A stretch of 64,000 bases of DNA from Escherichia coli (GCF_011045215.1 NZ_CP049201.1), one strand, 5' to 3'; counted from the first letter of the stretch, positions 11,567-24,615 are shown. The notes: a model not told the origin generated them from the letters alone. Numbers and translations: made by a program.

Positions 11567-12484
11567 ATGTCTAAACGATTACCACCGCTAAATGCCTTAC
11601 GAGTTTTTGATGCCGCAGCACGCCATTTAAGTTTCACTCGCGCAGCAGAAGAGCTTTTTGTGACCCAGGCCGCAGTAAGTCATCAAATCAAGTCTCTTGA
11701 GGATTTTCTGGGGCTAAAACTGTTCCGCCGCCGTAATCGTTCACTCCTGCTGACCGAGGAAGGTCAAAGCTATTTCCTCGATATCAAAGAGATATTTTCG
11801 CAATTAACCGAAGCGACGCGTAAACTCCAGGCCCGTAGCGCCAAGGGGGCGTTGACGGTCAGTTTACTCCCCAGTTTCGCCATTCATTGGTTGGTTCCGC
11901 GACTTTCCAGCTTTAATTCAGCTTATCCGGGAATTGACGTTCGAATCCAGGCGGTTGATCGTCAGGAAGATAAGCTGGCGGATGATGTTGATGTGGCGAT
12001 ATTTTATGGTCGGGGCAACTGGCCGGGGCTACGGGTGGAAAAACTGTACGCCGAATATTTATTGCCGGTGTGTTCGCCGCTACTGCTGACTGGCGAAAAA
12101 CCCTTGAAGACCCCGGAAGATCTGGCTAAACATACGTTATTACATGATGCGTCACGCCGTGACTGGCAGACATATACCCGACAGTTGGGGTTAAATCATA
12201 TCAACGTGCAGCAAGGGCCAATTTTTAGCCATAGCGCCATGGTGCTGCAAGCGGCTATCCACGGGCAGGGAGTGGCGCTGGCAAATAACGTGATGGCGCA
12301 ATCTGAAATTGAAGCCGGACGTCTTGTTTGCCCGTTTAATGATGTTCTGGTCAGTAAAAACGCTTTTTATCTGGTTTGTCATGACAGCCAGGCAGAACTG
12401 GGTAAAATAGCCGCCTTTCGCCAATGGATCCTGGCGAAAGCCGCTGCTGAACAAGAAAAATTCCGCTTTCGTTATGAACAATAA
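11567..12484 (+). CDS. gcvA: LysR-family glycine cleavage system regulator GcvA (305 aa)
   Basis: 305-aa ORF, N-terminal HTH (MSKRLPPLNALRVFDAAARHLSFTRAAEELFVTQAAVSHQIKSLE). Confidence 0.95.
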   Translation: MSKRLPPLNALRVFDAAARHLSFTRAAEELFVTQAAVSHQIKSLEDFLGLKLFRRRNRSLLLTEEGQSYFLDIKEIFSQLTEATRKLQARSAKGALTVSLLPSFAIHWLVPRLSSFNSAYPGIDVRIQAVDRQEDKLADDVDVAIFYGRGNWPGLRVEKLYAEYLLPVCSPLLLTGEKPLKTPEDLAKHTLLHDASRRDWQTYTRQLGLNHINVQQGPIFSHSAMVLQAAIHGQGVALANNVMAQSEIEAGRLVCPFNDVLVSKNAFYLVCHDSQAELGKIAAFRQWILAKAAAEQEKFRFRYEQ

Positions 12485-12502
12485 TTTACGTAGGGTACGA
12501 CC

Positions 12503-12898
12503 ATGACCAGCCGTTTTATGCTGATTTTCGCCGCCATTAGCGGCTTCATTTTTGTGGCTCTGGGCGCTTTTGGCGCGCATGTGTTAAGTAAAACCATGGG
12601 GGCCGTTGAGATGGGCTGGATCCAGACCGGCCTCGAATACCAGGCGTTTCATACTCTGGCGATCTTAGGTCTGGCGGTGGCAATGCAGCGTCGCATCAGT
12701 ATCTGGTTTTACTGGAGTAGCGTTTTCCTCGCGTTAGGCACGGTGCTGTTCAGCGGCAGCCTTTATTGCCTGGCACTGTCCCATCTGCGTTTGTGGGCGT
12801 TTGTCACTCCGGTTGGCGGCGTGAGCTTCCTTGCGGGCTGGGCGTTAATGTTAGTTGGTGCTATCCGTTTAAAGCGCAAGGGCGTAAGTCATGAATAA
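12503..12898 (+). CDS. ygdD: Inner membrane protein YgdD (DUF423, 131 aa)
   Basis: 131-aa hydrophobic ORF; overlaps rlmM start by 8 nt. Confidence 0.9.
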
Positions 12899-13991
12899 GG
12901 TTGTATTGCTGTGCCGTCCGGGCTTTGAAAAAGAGTGCGCCGCAGAAATTACCGATAAAGCCGGCCAGCGGGAAATTTTCGGTTTTGCCCGCGTGAAAGA
13001 GAATGCGGGTTATGTCATTTATGAATGTTATCAACCTGATGATGGCGATAAGTTAATCCGTGAGCTGCCGTTCAGTTCATTAATTTTTGCCCGCCAGTGG
13101 TTTGTGGTTGGGGAACTCCTGCAGCATTTGCCGCCAGAAGATCGTATTACCCCCATTGTCGGCATGTTACAGGGCGTAGTAGAGAAGGGCGGTGAACTGC
13201 GTGTTGAAGTTGCCGATACCAACGAAAGCAAAGAGTTGCTGAAATTCTGCCGTAAATTCACCGTGCCGCTACGCGCTGCCTTGCGCGATGCGGGGGTGCT
13301 GGCGAACTATGAAACGCCGAAGCGTCCGGTAGTGCATGTATTCTTCATTGCACCAGGCTGCTGCTATACCGGTTACTCATACAGCAACAATAATTCGCCA
13401 TTCTATATGGGCATTCCGCGCCTGAAATTTCCGGCAGATGCGCCGAGTCGTTCCACGCTCAAACTGGAAGAGGCATTTCATGTGTTTATTCCTGCGGATG
13501 AGTGGGATGAACGCCTGGCGAACGGGATGTGGGCGGTGGATTTGGGCGCTTGCCCAGGCGGCTGGACCTACCAACTGGTGAAGCGCAACATGTGGGTTTA
13601 TTCCGTCGACAACGGCCCGATGGCGCAAAGTCTGATGGATACCGGGCAGGTGACGTGGCTACGGGAAGACGGGTTCAAATTCCGTCCGACACGCAGCAAT
13701 ATCTCCTGGATGGTATGCGATATGGTTGAAAAACCGGCGAAAGTTGCGGCATTGATGGCGCAGTGGCTGGTTAATGGCTGGTGCCGTGAAACCATTTTCA
13801 ACCTCAAACTGCCGATGAAAAAACGCTACGAAGAAGTGTCACACAATCTGGCGTATATTCAGGCACAGCTTGATGAACATGGCATAAATGCTCAGATTCA
13901 GGCGCGGCAGTTGTATCACGATCGCGAAGAAGTGACGGTGCACGTCCGCCGCATCTGGGCTGCGGTGGGTGGTCGTCGCGACGAGCGATAA
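12891..13991 (+). CDS. rlmM: 23S rRNA 2'-O-ribose C2498 methyltransferase RlmM (366 aa)
   Basis: 366-aa ORF; synteny between ygdD and fucR. Confidence 0.92.
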
Positions 13992-14034
13992 CAGGCAAGG
14001 CCGGGGCGTCGTCTCCGGCCTGCTACCCTTTCCG

Positions 14035-14766
14035 TCAGGCTGTTACCAAAGAAGTTGCAACCTGGCGCTCATCAGAAATAATGTGCGTTACCTCATCCAG
14101 ATGCCCGATGCGGGCTTCCCCTGAACGATTAAATTTACTTTTATCAATCAATAACAACGATTGCGCGGCACGTTTTAATAGCATCGATTTGTAATCAGCG
14201 TTGATGGCATTGGAGTCCCACAGTGCGCCGCTGCTATCGATCCCTTCACAAGAAAAAATAAACAGATCGATTTCCAGCGATTTAAGTTGGGAAATCAGCG
14301 AGGGATTGACGTAACAGCCATATTTGCGCTCAAGTGTGCCGCCGGAACTGATCAGTTGAATGCGTTCGCGTTTACCGAGTTCATGGCAAATCGGATGGCT
14401 ATTGGTGAAGACCTGAATGTTGATGTCAGGCAACTGACGTGCCAGATACCAGCAGGTTGAACTGGCGTCTAAGGCTATCACCATCCCTTCTTCAATCCAC
14501 GCGAGCGCCTCGCGCGCGATATCTGCTTTATGCGCATAATGGCTTTTCAGCCTGATGTGAAAGGGATCGCCACTGTCTTGATTTTGACGGTGGATATATT
14601 TAGCGCGTCCATGATTGCGCAGAATTTTACCCTGCGTCTGTAATTCATTGAGATCGCGACGAATGGTTTCTTTACTGACCTTTAGCTGTTCAGAGAGAGC
14701 TTCCGTGGTCAGGCTGGTATGGTTCAGCAGCAGGTCGACTATCGCTTGCTGGCGTGCCGCTTTCAT
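14035..14766 (-). CDS. fucR: DeoR-family L-fucose operon activator FucR (243 aa)
   Basis: Track ORF 246 aa; recognised start MKAARQQAIVDLLLNHTSL. Confidence 0.92.
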   Translation of the reverse strand: MKAARQQAIVDLLLNHTSLTTEALSEQLKVSKETIRRDLNELQTQGKILRNHGRAKYIHRQNQDSGDPFHIRLKSHYAHKADIAREALAWIEEGMVIALDASSTCWYLARQLPDINIQVFTNSHPICHELGKRERIQLISSGGTLERKYGCYVNPSLISQLKSLEIDLFIFSCEGIDSSGALWDSNAINADYKSMLLKRAAQSLLLIDKSKFNRSGEARIGHLDEVTHIISDERQVATSLVTA

Positions 14767-14823
14767 ATTTTTCACCCCATCATTCGATAACCGCCCGCGT
14801 CATGCGGGCGTACCGGTATGAGA

Positions 14824-15246
14824 TTACGGTGTTACCCCTTTTTTTAAAAGAATATTCCCGTACTTCGCTCGTTCGCCTGTGATAACGATCGCAAAGGCTT
14901 TTTGCGCACGTTCATAAAACGCAAAACGATTGATGCGGATGATGTCAGGACACGGGGCTTGTAGTGAAAGCGCATTACGGTAACGTCGTTCTACTTCAGG
15001 ATCGAGAGTGTCACCTTCTACCGCCGCCATCATCACCAGCGGTGGTGCATAACTGTCCAGTTCAAATAACGGGATAATCGCCTGGAGCAAGTCGCTCACC
15101 AACAGGCCATCAGCGCGGATCACCTGCGGTCCCATCGAATGGGCGGGAAAGTGAGCATCGGAAAAAATAATTTCATCTCCATGTCCCATCTCTGCCAGCA
15201 CTTTCAATAGTTCGGGAGAAATTAACGGCGAAATTGTTTTCAGCAT
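14824..15246 (-). CDS. fucU: L-fucose mutarotase FucU (140 aa)
   Basis: 140-aa ORF; fuc operon synteny. Confidence 0.93.
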
Positions 15247-15247
15247 T

Positions 15248-16666
15248 TCACACTTCCTCTATAAATTCAGGTTCAGTTTGCGGGTAGAAATAACGGTACT
15301 GATAATGAATCTGTGCACGGGCTTCTTCCGGGCTGTTAAATTCCCCTACGCCATACCAACCGAACAGCGCAGCTCCTGCGACGGTCGTTTCAGCATCGTC
15401 GAGAACTTTTACCGGAATATCAAGCATATTGGCTTTAATCTGATTCCACAATGTGTTGCGACTTCCTCCACCGACTAACAATAATTCAGAGGCTTTAAAG
15501 TGGCCGATTTTTTCCAGCATCTGTAGATTGCGCTGTAATTGCGCAGTTAACCCTTCTAGCGCCGCGCGATAGAAATGCCCCCGCGTGGTATTAAGCGTCA
15601 CTCCTTGCCAGCCAGCGTTCTGACACGACAATAAATCACACTGCATTTTTACGCCATCCGCGCCAGGCGCGATCAGACGAGCCTCTTCAATCAACATTTG
15701 CCAGGGTGTTTCAGCCGTCCAGAACAGTTTTCTCACCCATTCCAGCACGCCGGATGCCAGCCATTGCATACCTGGGTTATACAACCCTGCCTGGCTATCC
15801 AGTTCGCAGGTGGAACCGGCGTACTGACTTAACAGCGAAGTATCAACCTGGGCGCTACGGACCATTAAAATTTCCCATGTACCGGAAGAGAGCACGGGTT
15901 CATTTTGGTCGGCACCAGCGCCAAAAAGGGCGAACTGGGTATCGTGACCTGCGGAAATCACCGGTATGCCAACGGGTAAGCCGAGCATTGCTGCGGCGCT
16001 GTTCTGTAGCGTACCAATCTGTTCACCCGCTTCCACCAGACGAGGGAAGAGTCGGCGTGGAATACCGGTGGCTTGTAAAATTTGCGGACTGAAATCGCGT
16101 TGCTGGATATCCAGCATCTGGCTGGTTCCGGCCATCGTGATATCAGTAGTGAATTCGCCGGTTAAACGGTGGTTAATCAGCGACGAAATAAAGAGCCAGG
16201 CGTGCGCGCGTTCCAGCAGTTGTGGATGATTTTCTTTCAACCACACCAACTTATATAACGTATTGAAACTAAAGGCTCCGACGCCAGAAATAGCCTGCAA
16301 CCGCTGTGCGGAGATCAACTGTTCAATATTGTCCATAACCGCTGCTGTTCGCGGACATTTCCAGCTAATGATCGGATAGAGCAGATTACCTTGCTTATCT
16401 ACCAGAGCGCCATCCACACCAAAGGTGGTGACGGCGATACCGCGGATGTGGCATTCAGTCAGTTCACTATTGATTTGCCGACAGCAATCAGCAAAGCGTT
16501 GCAAAATGGCGTCTAAAGACCACTGGTGCCAGGTGTTGTTTTCCATCGCGATATCGCTGGCATTAGGCGTTGAGGCGCGGGCAACAATTTTTCCCTGCCG
16601 ATTAACCGCGATGGCCCTGACATTGGTCGCGCCACAGTCGAGTACCAGGATAACTTCTTGTTTCAT
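15248..16666 (-). CDS. fucK: L-fuculokinase FucK (472 aa, FGGY kinase)
   Basis: 472-aa ORF; FGGY-type sequence; synteny. Confidence 0.93.
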
Positions 16667-16683
16667 AATCGCTCCTGCAATAT

Positions 16684-16750
16684 AGCCGGATAATATTGCT
16701 TATCCGGCTAACCACTCTTGCTTGTTCAGGCCCGGTAGCCGGAGCGACCG
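16684..16750. repeat. Palindromic hairpins in the fucI-fucK intercistronic region
   Basis: Perfect 10-bp inverted repeat agccggataa/ttatccggct (16684-16709) and gcccggt/accgggc stem. Confidence 0.4.
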
Positions 16751-16774
16751 GGCATCACATCAGGGAGTAATGTA

Positions 16775-18550
16775 TTAACGCTTGTACAACGGCCCGTAGT
16801 TCTGGCAAGCGCGGTAATCTTGGCCTTCAATATCCATGCCGTGCGCAGCCCAGGCAGAAGGACGATACACTTTGGTCTCTTCTACGTTGTGCATACATAC
16901 CGGGATACGCAGCATGGAGGCGAGAGTGATAAAGTCTGCGCCAACGTGGCCGATGGTCAGAACCCCATGGTTAGCGCCCCAGTTCGCCATTACCGAGTAC
17001 ACATCCGTAAACGGCCCTTTACCGGTGAGGCGCGGTGCAAACCAGGTGGTTGGCCAGGTTGAGTTGGTGCGTTTGTTGAGGATGTCATGCACATCCTTCG
17101 GCAATTCCACGCTCCAGCCTTCCGCGATTTGCAGTACCGGTCCCAGGCCTTTGATGATGTTGACACGAGTCATGGTGAACGGGACGCCGCCTTCGGTAAG
17201 GAAGCGGGAAGAGTAACCGCCGCCACGGAAGTATTCGTGGATCGCCGGGCACCATTCGGTAGCGGCGAGGCAAGCGTCAGCCTCTTGCTGAGAGATTTCC
17301 CAGTGCGGCTTCATCGTCGGGTTACCTTCGCTGTCGCGTTGTTTACAGGAACCGTCCAGCGCAGCAGAACCTGAGTTGATCAAATGGATGATGCCGTGTT
17401 CTGCCAGTCCATCGAGTTTATGCCCCGTTACACGCTCAATTGCTTCTGGTGACCAGTAGGTACGCACATCGGCAAATACCTGAGCGGTGCCGGTGAGCTG
17501 GTGACCCATTAGCATTGCCACGCCGTTAAGACTGTCGTTTTCGGTCGCCACGACAAAGGGTTCGCGCACGCCATTCCAGTCAAATGAACTGTTAAGGATC
17601 GCTTCGGCGGTGTCGCCATTGGGATATTGATCGGTCCAGTGGCGTTGTCCCTGGAAGCCCGCAGCGATGGCGTTGTAGCCAAGTGATTCTTCCACGCGAC
17701 CAATATCGGCCAGTTTGCTGTTGCCTTGCATCATGTCGCGGATACACATCGCCATCAGTAAACTTTCGCGCAGAACTGCGCGGCTTTGCTCGGCATTACG
17801 TTGATACTGTTTGTTATTTTCATCTTCGCCATAGCGGAAGTTTTTATCAGCCCAGGCCAGTGCCATTTCCAGTTCGGCTTCGTCGTAAATCTTCTGATCG
17901 ATACGGCGACGCAGTTCGGTCATATCCACCGCCTGGACTTTCATTCCCAGCCAGGATTCAAAGAAGTTGTGATCAACAATGGAACCGGCGATACCCATCG
18001 AAACGCCGCCCAGCGACAGATAGCTTTTACCTTTCATACTGGCGACGGCCAAACCGGCGCGGGCAAAGCGCAGCAGTTTTTCTTCAACATCGGCAGGAAT
18101 CGATGTGTCATCGGCATCCTGAACGTCATGACCGTAAATGGAGAATGCCGGGATGCCTTTCTGGCTGTGAGCTGCCAGAGCCGCGGCCAGGTAAACAGCG
18201 CCGGGGCGTTCAGTGCCGTTAAAGCCCCAAATGGCTTTCGGGCGGGTTGGATCCATGTCGATGGTTTCACTGCCATAGCACCAGCAAGGCGTTACCGTAA
18301 TGGTGAGGCCTACATTCTGACTGCTAAATTTTTCTTCGCAAGCCGCGGCTTCAGCCATACCCGCGATACAGGTATCGGAAATGACACACTCGACGGCAGC
18401 TCCGCAGGCATGGCGCAGTTTCTCGGTCAGCAGTGCGGCCGTAGCTTTCGCCATATTCATTGTTTGTTCTTCAAGCGACTCACGAACACCCATGCGACGA
18501 CCGTCAATAACCGGGCGGATACCAATTTTCGGTAAGCTGATTTTTTTCAT
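16775..18550 (-). CDS. fucI: L-fucose isomerase FucI (591 aa)
   Basis: 591-aa ORF; sequence recognised; synteny. Confidence 0.95.
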   Translation of the reverse strand: MKKISLPKIGIRPVIDGRRMGVRESLEEQTMNMAKATAALLTEKLRHACGAAVECVISDTCIAGMAEAAACEEKFSSQNVGLTITVTPCWCYGSETIDMDPTRPKAIWGFNGTERPGAVYLAAALAAHSQKGIPAFSIYGHDVQDADDTSIPADVEEKLLRFARAGLAVASMKGKSYLSLGGVSMGIAGSIVDHNFFESWLGMKVQAVDMTELRRRIDQKIYDEAELEMALAWADKNFRYGEDENNKQYQRNAEQSRAVLRESLLMAMCIRDMMQGNSKLADIGRVEESLGYNAIAAGFQGQRHWTDQYPNGDTAEAILNSSFDWNGVREPFVVATENDSLNGVAMLMGHQLTGTAQVFADVRTYWSPEAIERVTGHKLDGLAEHGIIHLINSGSAALDGSCKQRDSEGNPTMKPHWEISQQEADACLAATEWCPAIHEYFRGGGYSSRFLTEGGVPFTMTRVNIIKGLGPVLQIAEGWSVELPKDVHDILNKRTNSTWPTTWFAPRLTGKGPFTDVYSVMANWGANHGVLTIGHVGADFITLASMLRIPVCMHNVEETKVYRPSAWAAHGMDIEGQDYRACQNYGPLYKR

Positions 18551-18582
18551 TACAGATTCCTCACTTTATTCGGAAAATATGT

Positions 18583-19899
18583 TCAGTTAGTTGCCGTTTG
18601 AGAACGGAAACGGGCAAAGATAAAGATGACCGCGAAGCAGAGTGCGGGGATCAGTTCAGCAGTGGGGATGTTGCCCGCCGCGTCACTGACAAAACCCATG
18701 ACCGGAGTGACAATACCGCCGCCAATGATGGTCATAACGATGAAGGACGAACCGTATTTGGTGTCCTGGCCGAGATTCTTAATGCCCAGCGAGAAGATTG
18801 TTGGGTACTGAATCGACATAAAGGCGCTGCATAAAGTCAGGGCTATTAAGCCCACATGACCGTCAGCGAAGGCTGAGATCAGGCACAGTGCCATAGCGAT
18901 TAATGCGTAGGCGGCCAGGACTTTGTGTGGTGCGAAGCGACTGATGAGCCAGGTACCGGTGAAACGACCAATAAAGAAGCACACCATGGTTCCGGTTAAA
19001 TAGTTAGCGGCAAAGCCTGCAGTCATACCTGGAATTTCTTCTACAGCGTAGCGAATCAAATAGCTCCAGCAGGCCGTTTGTGCGCCAACGTAGCAGAATT
19101 GCGCTAATACTGCCCAGCGCCAGTGGCGAATACGCGCCAGGCGAGAAAGCGATGCGGAGAACGATCCTTGTTTGGCGTCACTGTGATTATCACTCTGCAA
19201 TGCCGGGAATTTCGTCAGCATGATCAGCAGGGCGACCAGTAACACGATAGCCACGATGATCATATAAGGTGTCTGTACCGATAATACCAGGCTGTGTTTA
19301 TACGCACTCAATTGCTCTGGAGACATTTTATCGAGAACGTCTTGCGATTGATGTGGCACGTTAGACAAAATAAGACTTTGCCCAAAGACAACCGCGATAA
19401 TTGCGCCAAATGAGTTAAATGTTTGCGCAAGATTTAAGCGGAAGTGACCACTGCTTTCCGGCCCTAATACCGTAACAAAAGGGTTTGCGGCAGTTTCCAG
19501 ACAACCTAATCCGGCTGCAATAATAAATAGGCCAACTAAAAATAAGGTGTAGTTCATTATTTCTGCGGCGGGCCAGAATAATGCAGCACCCAAGGCATAT
19601 AAAAATAACCCGGTAATAATTCCTGCTTTATAACTGAGTTTTTTCATCAATATCCCAGCAGGGATTGGGATAATGAAATAACCAAAGTAAAAGGCCGATT
19701 GGATCAGGCCAGCCTGGAAATTTGTCAGTGTAAAAGCCTGCTGGAATTGAGGTAATAAAATGTCGTTAAGGTTATTGGCTACCGCCCAAAGAAAAAACAG
19801 TGAGCACAGCAGCGCGAATGGAATAATGTAACTTCTGCTTTGCCCTGCATCTTTATCTACCGCACGGTAACTCTGCGTTTGTATTGATGTGTTTCCCAT
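18583..19899 (-). CDS. fucP: L-fucose:H+ symporter FucP (438 aa, MFS)
   Basis: 438-aa polytopic membrane ORF; synteny. Confidence 0.95.
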   Translation of the reverse strand: MGNTSIQTQSYRAVDKDAGQSRSYIIPFALLCSLFFLWAVANNLNDILLPQFQQAFTLTNFQAGLIQSAFYFGYFIIPIPAGILMKKLSYKAGIITGLFLYALGAALFWPAAEIMNYTLFLVGLFIIAAGLGCLETAANPFVTVLGPESSGHFRLNLAQTFNSFGAIIAVVFGQSLILSNVPHQSQDVLDKMSPEQLSAYKHSLVLSVQTPYMIIVAIVLLVALLIMLTKFPALQSDNHSDAKQGSFSASLSRLARIRHWRWAVLAQFCYVGAQTACWSYLIRYAVEEIPGMTAGFAANYLTGTMVCFFIGRFTGTWLISRFAPHKVLAAYALIAMALCLISAFADGHVGLIALTLCSAFMSIQYPTIFSLGIKNLGQDTKYGSSFIVMTIIGGGIVTPVMGFVSDAAGNIPTAELIPALCFAVIFIFARFRSQTATN

Positions 19900-20445
19900 A
19901 GCATCCTCTTAGGTTCAGAAGCTTAAGCACGTAATCGGTTATGTTTTCAAAAGTGCAAAACCAGCGAGTTCGGGCTTCATATCAGTGAATATTTGCCTGT
20001 CTGAAATGAACTCATGGATTCATTTTCAAATAAAAAACGCTCTGTAATATGACGGCGGTCACACTTATTAGCTGGAAGGTGACTTTATGTGACTACCATC
20101 ACTTTAATAATCGAAATTTCATGCCCGTTTCAGAAAATAAATCATAAAAAACACAAACCAGATGACCGTATTAATTGTTTATGCCGAAAACGGGCATTCC
20201 TGGCTTAGGTGAATAGAAAAATGACCGTTTTGATAAATATTTTTAAGAGCGGTCATTTTTAATGGGGTTATAAAAAGAGAACTTGCAGTTATTTACTGTG
20301 ATTAGTTGAACCAGGTCACAAAATATAAGCTTGTGAATTTCTTTCTGGTTAATCAGGAAGAAGATGGTGGGTAATTAAACGGCTAATTCAATAGTGTGAA
20401 AGGAACAACATTATTGCCCTGTTTTGAATCAGAGAGAGGTAGCTA
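19900..20445. promoter_or_regulatory. Divergent fucPIKUR / fucAO control region; CRP-like motif TGTGA-N6-TCACT at 20088-20103
   Basis: 546-bp AT-rich intergenic region between divergent operons; motif seen by eye, other sites not resolved. Confidence 0.4.
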
Positions 20446-21093
20446 ATGGAACGAAATAAACTTGCTCGTCAGATTATTGACACTTGCCTGGAAATGACCC
20501 GCCTGGGACTGAACCAGGGGACAGCGGGGAACGTCAGTGTACGTTATCAGGATGGGATGCTGATTACGCCTACAGGCATTCCATATGAAAAACTGACGGA
20601 GTCGCATATTGTCTTTATTAATGGCAACGGTAAACATGAGGAAGGAAAGCTCCCCTCAAGCGAATGGCGTTTCCATATGGCGGCCTATCAAAGCAGACCG
20701 GATGCCAACGCGGTTGTTCACAATCATGCCGTTCATTGCACAGCAGTTTCCATTCTTAACCGACCGATCCCCGCTATTCACTACATGATTGCGGCGGCTG
20801 GCGGTAATTCTATTCCTTGCGCGCCTTATGCGACCTTTGGAACACGCGAACTTTCTGAACATGTTGCGCTGGCTCTCAAAAATCGTAAGGCAACTTTGTT
20901 ACAACATCATGGGCTTATCGCTTGTGAGGTGAATCTGGAAAAAGCGTTATGGCTGGCGCATGAAGTTGAAGTGCTGGCGCAACTTTACCTGACGACCCTG
21001 GCGATTACGGACCCGGTGCCAGTGCTGAGCGATGAAGAGATTGCCGTAGTGCTGGAGAAATTCAAAACCTATGGGTTACGGATTGAAGAGTAA
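20446..21093 (+). CDS. fucA: L-fuculose-phosphate aldolase FucA (215 aa)
   Basis: 215-aa class II aldolase-type ORF; synteny. Confidence 0.95.
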   Translation: MERNKLARQIIDTCLEMTRLGLNQGTAGNVSVRYQDGMLITPTGIPYEKLTESHIVFINGNGKHEEGKLPSSEWRFHMAAYQSRPDANAVVHNHAVHCTAVSILNRPIPAIHYMIAAAGGNSIPCAPYATFGTRELSEHVALALKNRKATLLQHHGLIACEVNLEKALWLAHEVEVLAQLYLTTLAITDPVPVLSDEEIAVVLEKFKTYGLRIEE

Positions 21094-21120
21094 TTTCGTA
21101 AAGCAACAAGGAGAAGGATG

Positions 21121-22269
21121 ATGGCTAACAGAATGATTCTGAACGAAACGGCATGGTTTGGTCGGGGTGCTGTTGGGGCTTTAACCGATGAGGTGAAACG
21201 TCGTGGTTATCAGAAGGCGCTGATCGTCACCGATAAAACGCTGGTGCAATGCGGCGTGGTGGCGAAAGTGACCGATAAGATGGATGCTGCAGGGCTGGCA
21301 TGGGCGATTTATGACGGCGTAGTACCCAACCCAACAATTACTGTCGTCAAAGAAGGGCTCGGTGTATTCCAGAATAGCGGCGCGGATTACCTGATCGCTA
21401 TTGGTGGTGGTTCTCCACAGGATACTTGTAAAGCGATTGGCATTATCAGCAACAACCCGGAGTTTGCCGATGTGCGTAGCCTGGAAGGACTTTCCCCGAC
21501 CAATAAACCCAGTGTACCGATTCTGGCAATCCCCACCACAGCAGGCACTGCGGCAGAAGTGACCATTAACTACGTGATCACTGACGAAGAAAAACGGCGC
21601 AAGTTTGTTTGCGTTGATCCGCATGATATCCCGCAGGTGGCGTTTATTGACGCTGACATGATGGATGGTATGCCTCCAGCGCTGAAAGCTGCGACGGGTG
21701 TCGATGCGCTCACTCATGCTATTGAGGGGTATATTACCCGTGGCGCGTGGGCGCTAACTGATGCGCTGCACATTAAAGCGATTGAAATCATTGCTGGGGC
21801 GCTGCGAGGATCGGTTGCTGGTGATAAGGATGCCGGAGAAGAAATGGCGCTCGGGCAGTATGTTGCGGGTATGGGCTTCTCGAATGTTGGGTTAGGGTTG
21901 GTGCATGGTATGGCGCATCCACTGGGCGCGTTTTATAACACTCCACACGGTGTTGCAAACGCCATCCTACTACCGCATGTCATGCGCTATAACGCTGACT
22001 TTACCGGTGAGAAGTACCGCGATATCGCGCGCGTTATGGGCGTGAAAGTGGAAGGTATGAGCCTGGAAGAGGCGCGTAATGCCGCTGTTGAAGCGGTGTT
22101 TGCTCTCAACCGTGATGTCGGTATTCCGCCACATTTGCGTGATGTTGGTGTACGCAAGGAAGACATTCCGGCACTGGCTCAGGCGGCACTGGATGATGTT
22201 TGTACCGGTGGCAACCCGCGTGAAGCAACGCTTGAGGATATTGTAGAGCTTTACCATACCGCCTGGTAA
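21121..22269 (+). CDS. fucO: L-1,2-propanediol oxidoreductase / lactaldehyde reductase FucO (383 aa incl. Met)
   Basis: Track ORF begins MMANRM; start taken at second Met (MANRMILNETAWFGRGAV); iron-containing alcohol dehydrogenase family. Confidence 0.93.
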   Translation: MANRMILNETAWFGRGAVGALTDEVKRRGYQKALIVTDKTLVQCGVVAKVTDKMDAAGLAWAIYDGVVPNPTITVVKEGLGVFQNSGADYLIAIGGGSPQDTCKAIGIISNNPEFADVRSLEGLSPTNKPSVPILAIPTTAGTAAEVTINYVITDEEKRRKFVCVDPHDIPQVAFIDADMMDGMPPALKAATGVDALTHAIEGYITRGAWALTDALHIKAIEIIAGALRGSVAGDKDAGEEMALGQYVAGMGFSNVGLGLVHGMAHPLGAFYNTPHGVANAILLPHVMRYNADFTGEKYRDIARVMGVKVEGMSLEEARNAAVEAVFALNRDVGIPPHLRDVGVRKEDIPALAQAALDDVCTGGNPREATLEDIVELYHTAW

Positions 22270-22285
22270 ATGCGCTGATGTGATA

Positions 22286-22316
22286 ATGCCGGATGCGACG
22301 TTTGCGGCGTATCCGG
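22286..22316. repeat. REP element downstream of fucO
   Basis: gccggatgcgacgtttgcggcgtatccggc palindrome. Confidence 0.5.
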
Positions 22317-22323
22317 CACGCCG

Positions 22324-23190
<867 letters not shown>

Positions 23191-24558
23191 TTAATCGCAG
23201 GCAACGATCTTCATTGCCAGGCCGCCGCGAGAGGTTTCGCGGTACTTGGCGTTCATATCTTTACCTGTTTCGTACATGGTTTCGATAACTTTATCGAGGC
23301 AGACGCGCGGCTCGCTGGTACGGCGCAGCGCCATACGTGCGGCGTTCACCGCTTTTACTGCCGCAATGGCGTTACGCTCGATGCATGGCACCTGGACCTG
23401 TCCGGCGACCGGGTCACACGTCAGACCGAGGTTGTGCTCCATGGCGATTTCCGCCGCGATGCACACCTGCGCCGGGCTTGCGCCTAATAGTTCTGCCAGA
23501 CCAGCCGCCGCCATTGAGCACGCCACGCCAACTTCACCCTGGCAACCCACTTCAGCACCAGAAATCGACGCGTTCATCTTATAAAGAGAACCAATGGCGC
23601 TGGCTACCAGCAGGTAACGAGCCAGTGAGTTAGCGTTCACTTCGCGGATAAACTTATCGTAGTACGCCAGCACAGCCGGGATAATCCCGCACGCACCGTT
23701 AGTCGGCGCAGTCACCACGCGACCGCCAGCGGCGTTCTCTTCGTTCACTGCCAGTGCAAACATGTTGATCCAGTCAACAACCGCCATCGGGTCAGTGGTG
23801 GTTTTATCCTGGCTGACCAGCATCCGGCGTAGTGCCGCAGCACGGCGTGGTACGCGCAGTTTGCCAGGCAACACGCCTTCGGTAGAAATACCGCGCTCAA
23901 TACCGCCGCGCATGACTTCCCAGACGTTCGCCAGGTGCTGTTCCAGCTCTTCTTTGCTGTGCAGCGCCAGCTCGTTTTTCATCATCAGGCCAGAGAGTGA
24001 CAGCCCGGTTTCCTGACAATGTTTTTGCAGATCAGCTGCTGAACTGTACGGATAAGGAACTTCAACCGGTGCGCTATCCTGCTGGCCAAAATGCTCTTCA
24101 TCAACGATAAAGCCACCGCCAATAGAGTAGTAAGTCTGACTGTAAACGACTTTATCACCCGCCAGCGCGGTAATGCGCATACCGTTTTCATGCAGAGAAA
24201 GGTTGTCGGCATGGAAGTTCATGCACTGATCAACCGGGAACTCCACTTCATGCTGACCGTTTGCCAGCATCAGGCGACCATGAGTATTCACATCCTGAAT
24301 AAAACCAGGGATGGAATCGATATCCACGGTATCCGGCAGGTTACCCGCCAGGCCCATAATAATGGCGATATCAGTGTGGTGGCCTTTACCAGTCAGAGAG
24401 AGCGAGCCGTACACGTCAACCACCACGCGGGTCACGTCTTTAAGCAGGTTACGGGCAATCAGATCGTCGGTAAATTGTTTACCCGCTTTCATTGGTCCAA
24501 CGGTATGAGAACTGGAAGGGCCAATGCCGATTTTGAAAATATCGAATACGCTAATCAT
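23191..24558 (-). CDS. sdaB: L-serine dehydratase 2 SdaB (455 aa)
   Basis: 455-aa ORF; Fe-S L-serine dehydratase sequence; synteny with sdaC. Confidence 0.95.
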   Translation of the reverse strand: MISVFDIFKIGIGPSSSHTVGPMKAGKQFTDDLIARNLLKDVTRVVVDVYGSLSLTGKGHHTDIAIIMGLAGNLPDTVDIDSIPGFIQDVNTHGRLMLANGQHEVEFPVDQCMNFHADNLSLHENGMRITALAGDKVVYSQTYYSIGGGFIVDEEHFGQQDSAPVEVPYPYSSAADLQKHCQETGLSLSGLMMKNELALHSKEELEQHLANVWEVMRGGIERGISTEGVLPGKLRVPRRAAALRRMLVSQDKTTTDPMAVVDWINMFALAVNEENAAGGRVVTAPTNGACGIIPAVLAYYDKFIREVNANSLARYLLVASAIGSLYKMNASISGAEVGCQGEVGVACSMAAAGLAELLGASPAQVCIAAEIAMEHNLGLTCDPVAGQVQVPCIERNAIAAVKAVNAARMALRRTSEPRVCLDKVIETMYETGKDMNAKYRETSRGGLAMKIVACD

Positions 24559-24615
24559 AGGAAATACATCGCGTTAAAACGGAGGAAGCGCCGCCCGAAA
24601 GCGGCGCGAAAGGAC

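Noticed and set aside
13997-14022. GC-rich hairpin between rlmM and fucR as a bidirectional terminator
   Set aside because: Stem is present (ggccgg...ccggcc) but no U-tract on either strand; not called.
17786-18535. 249-aa ORF on the + strand
   Set aside because: Antisense to fucI; no independent support.
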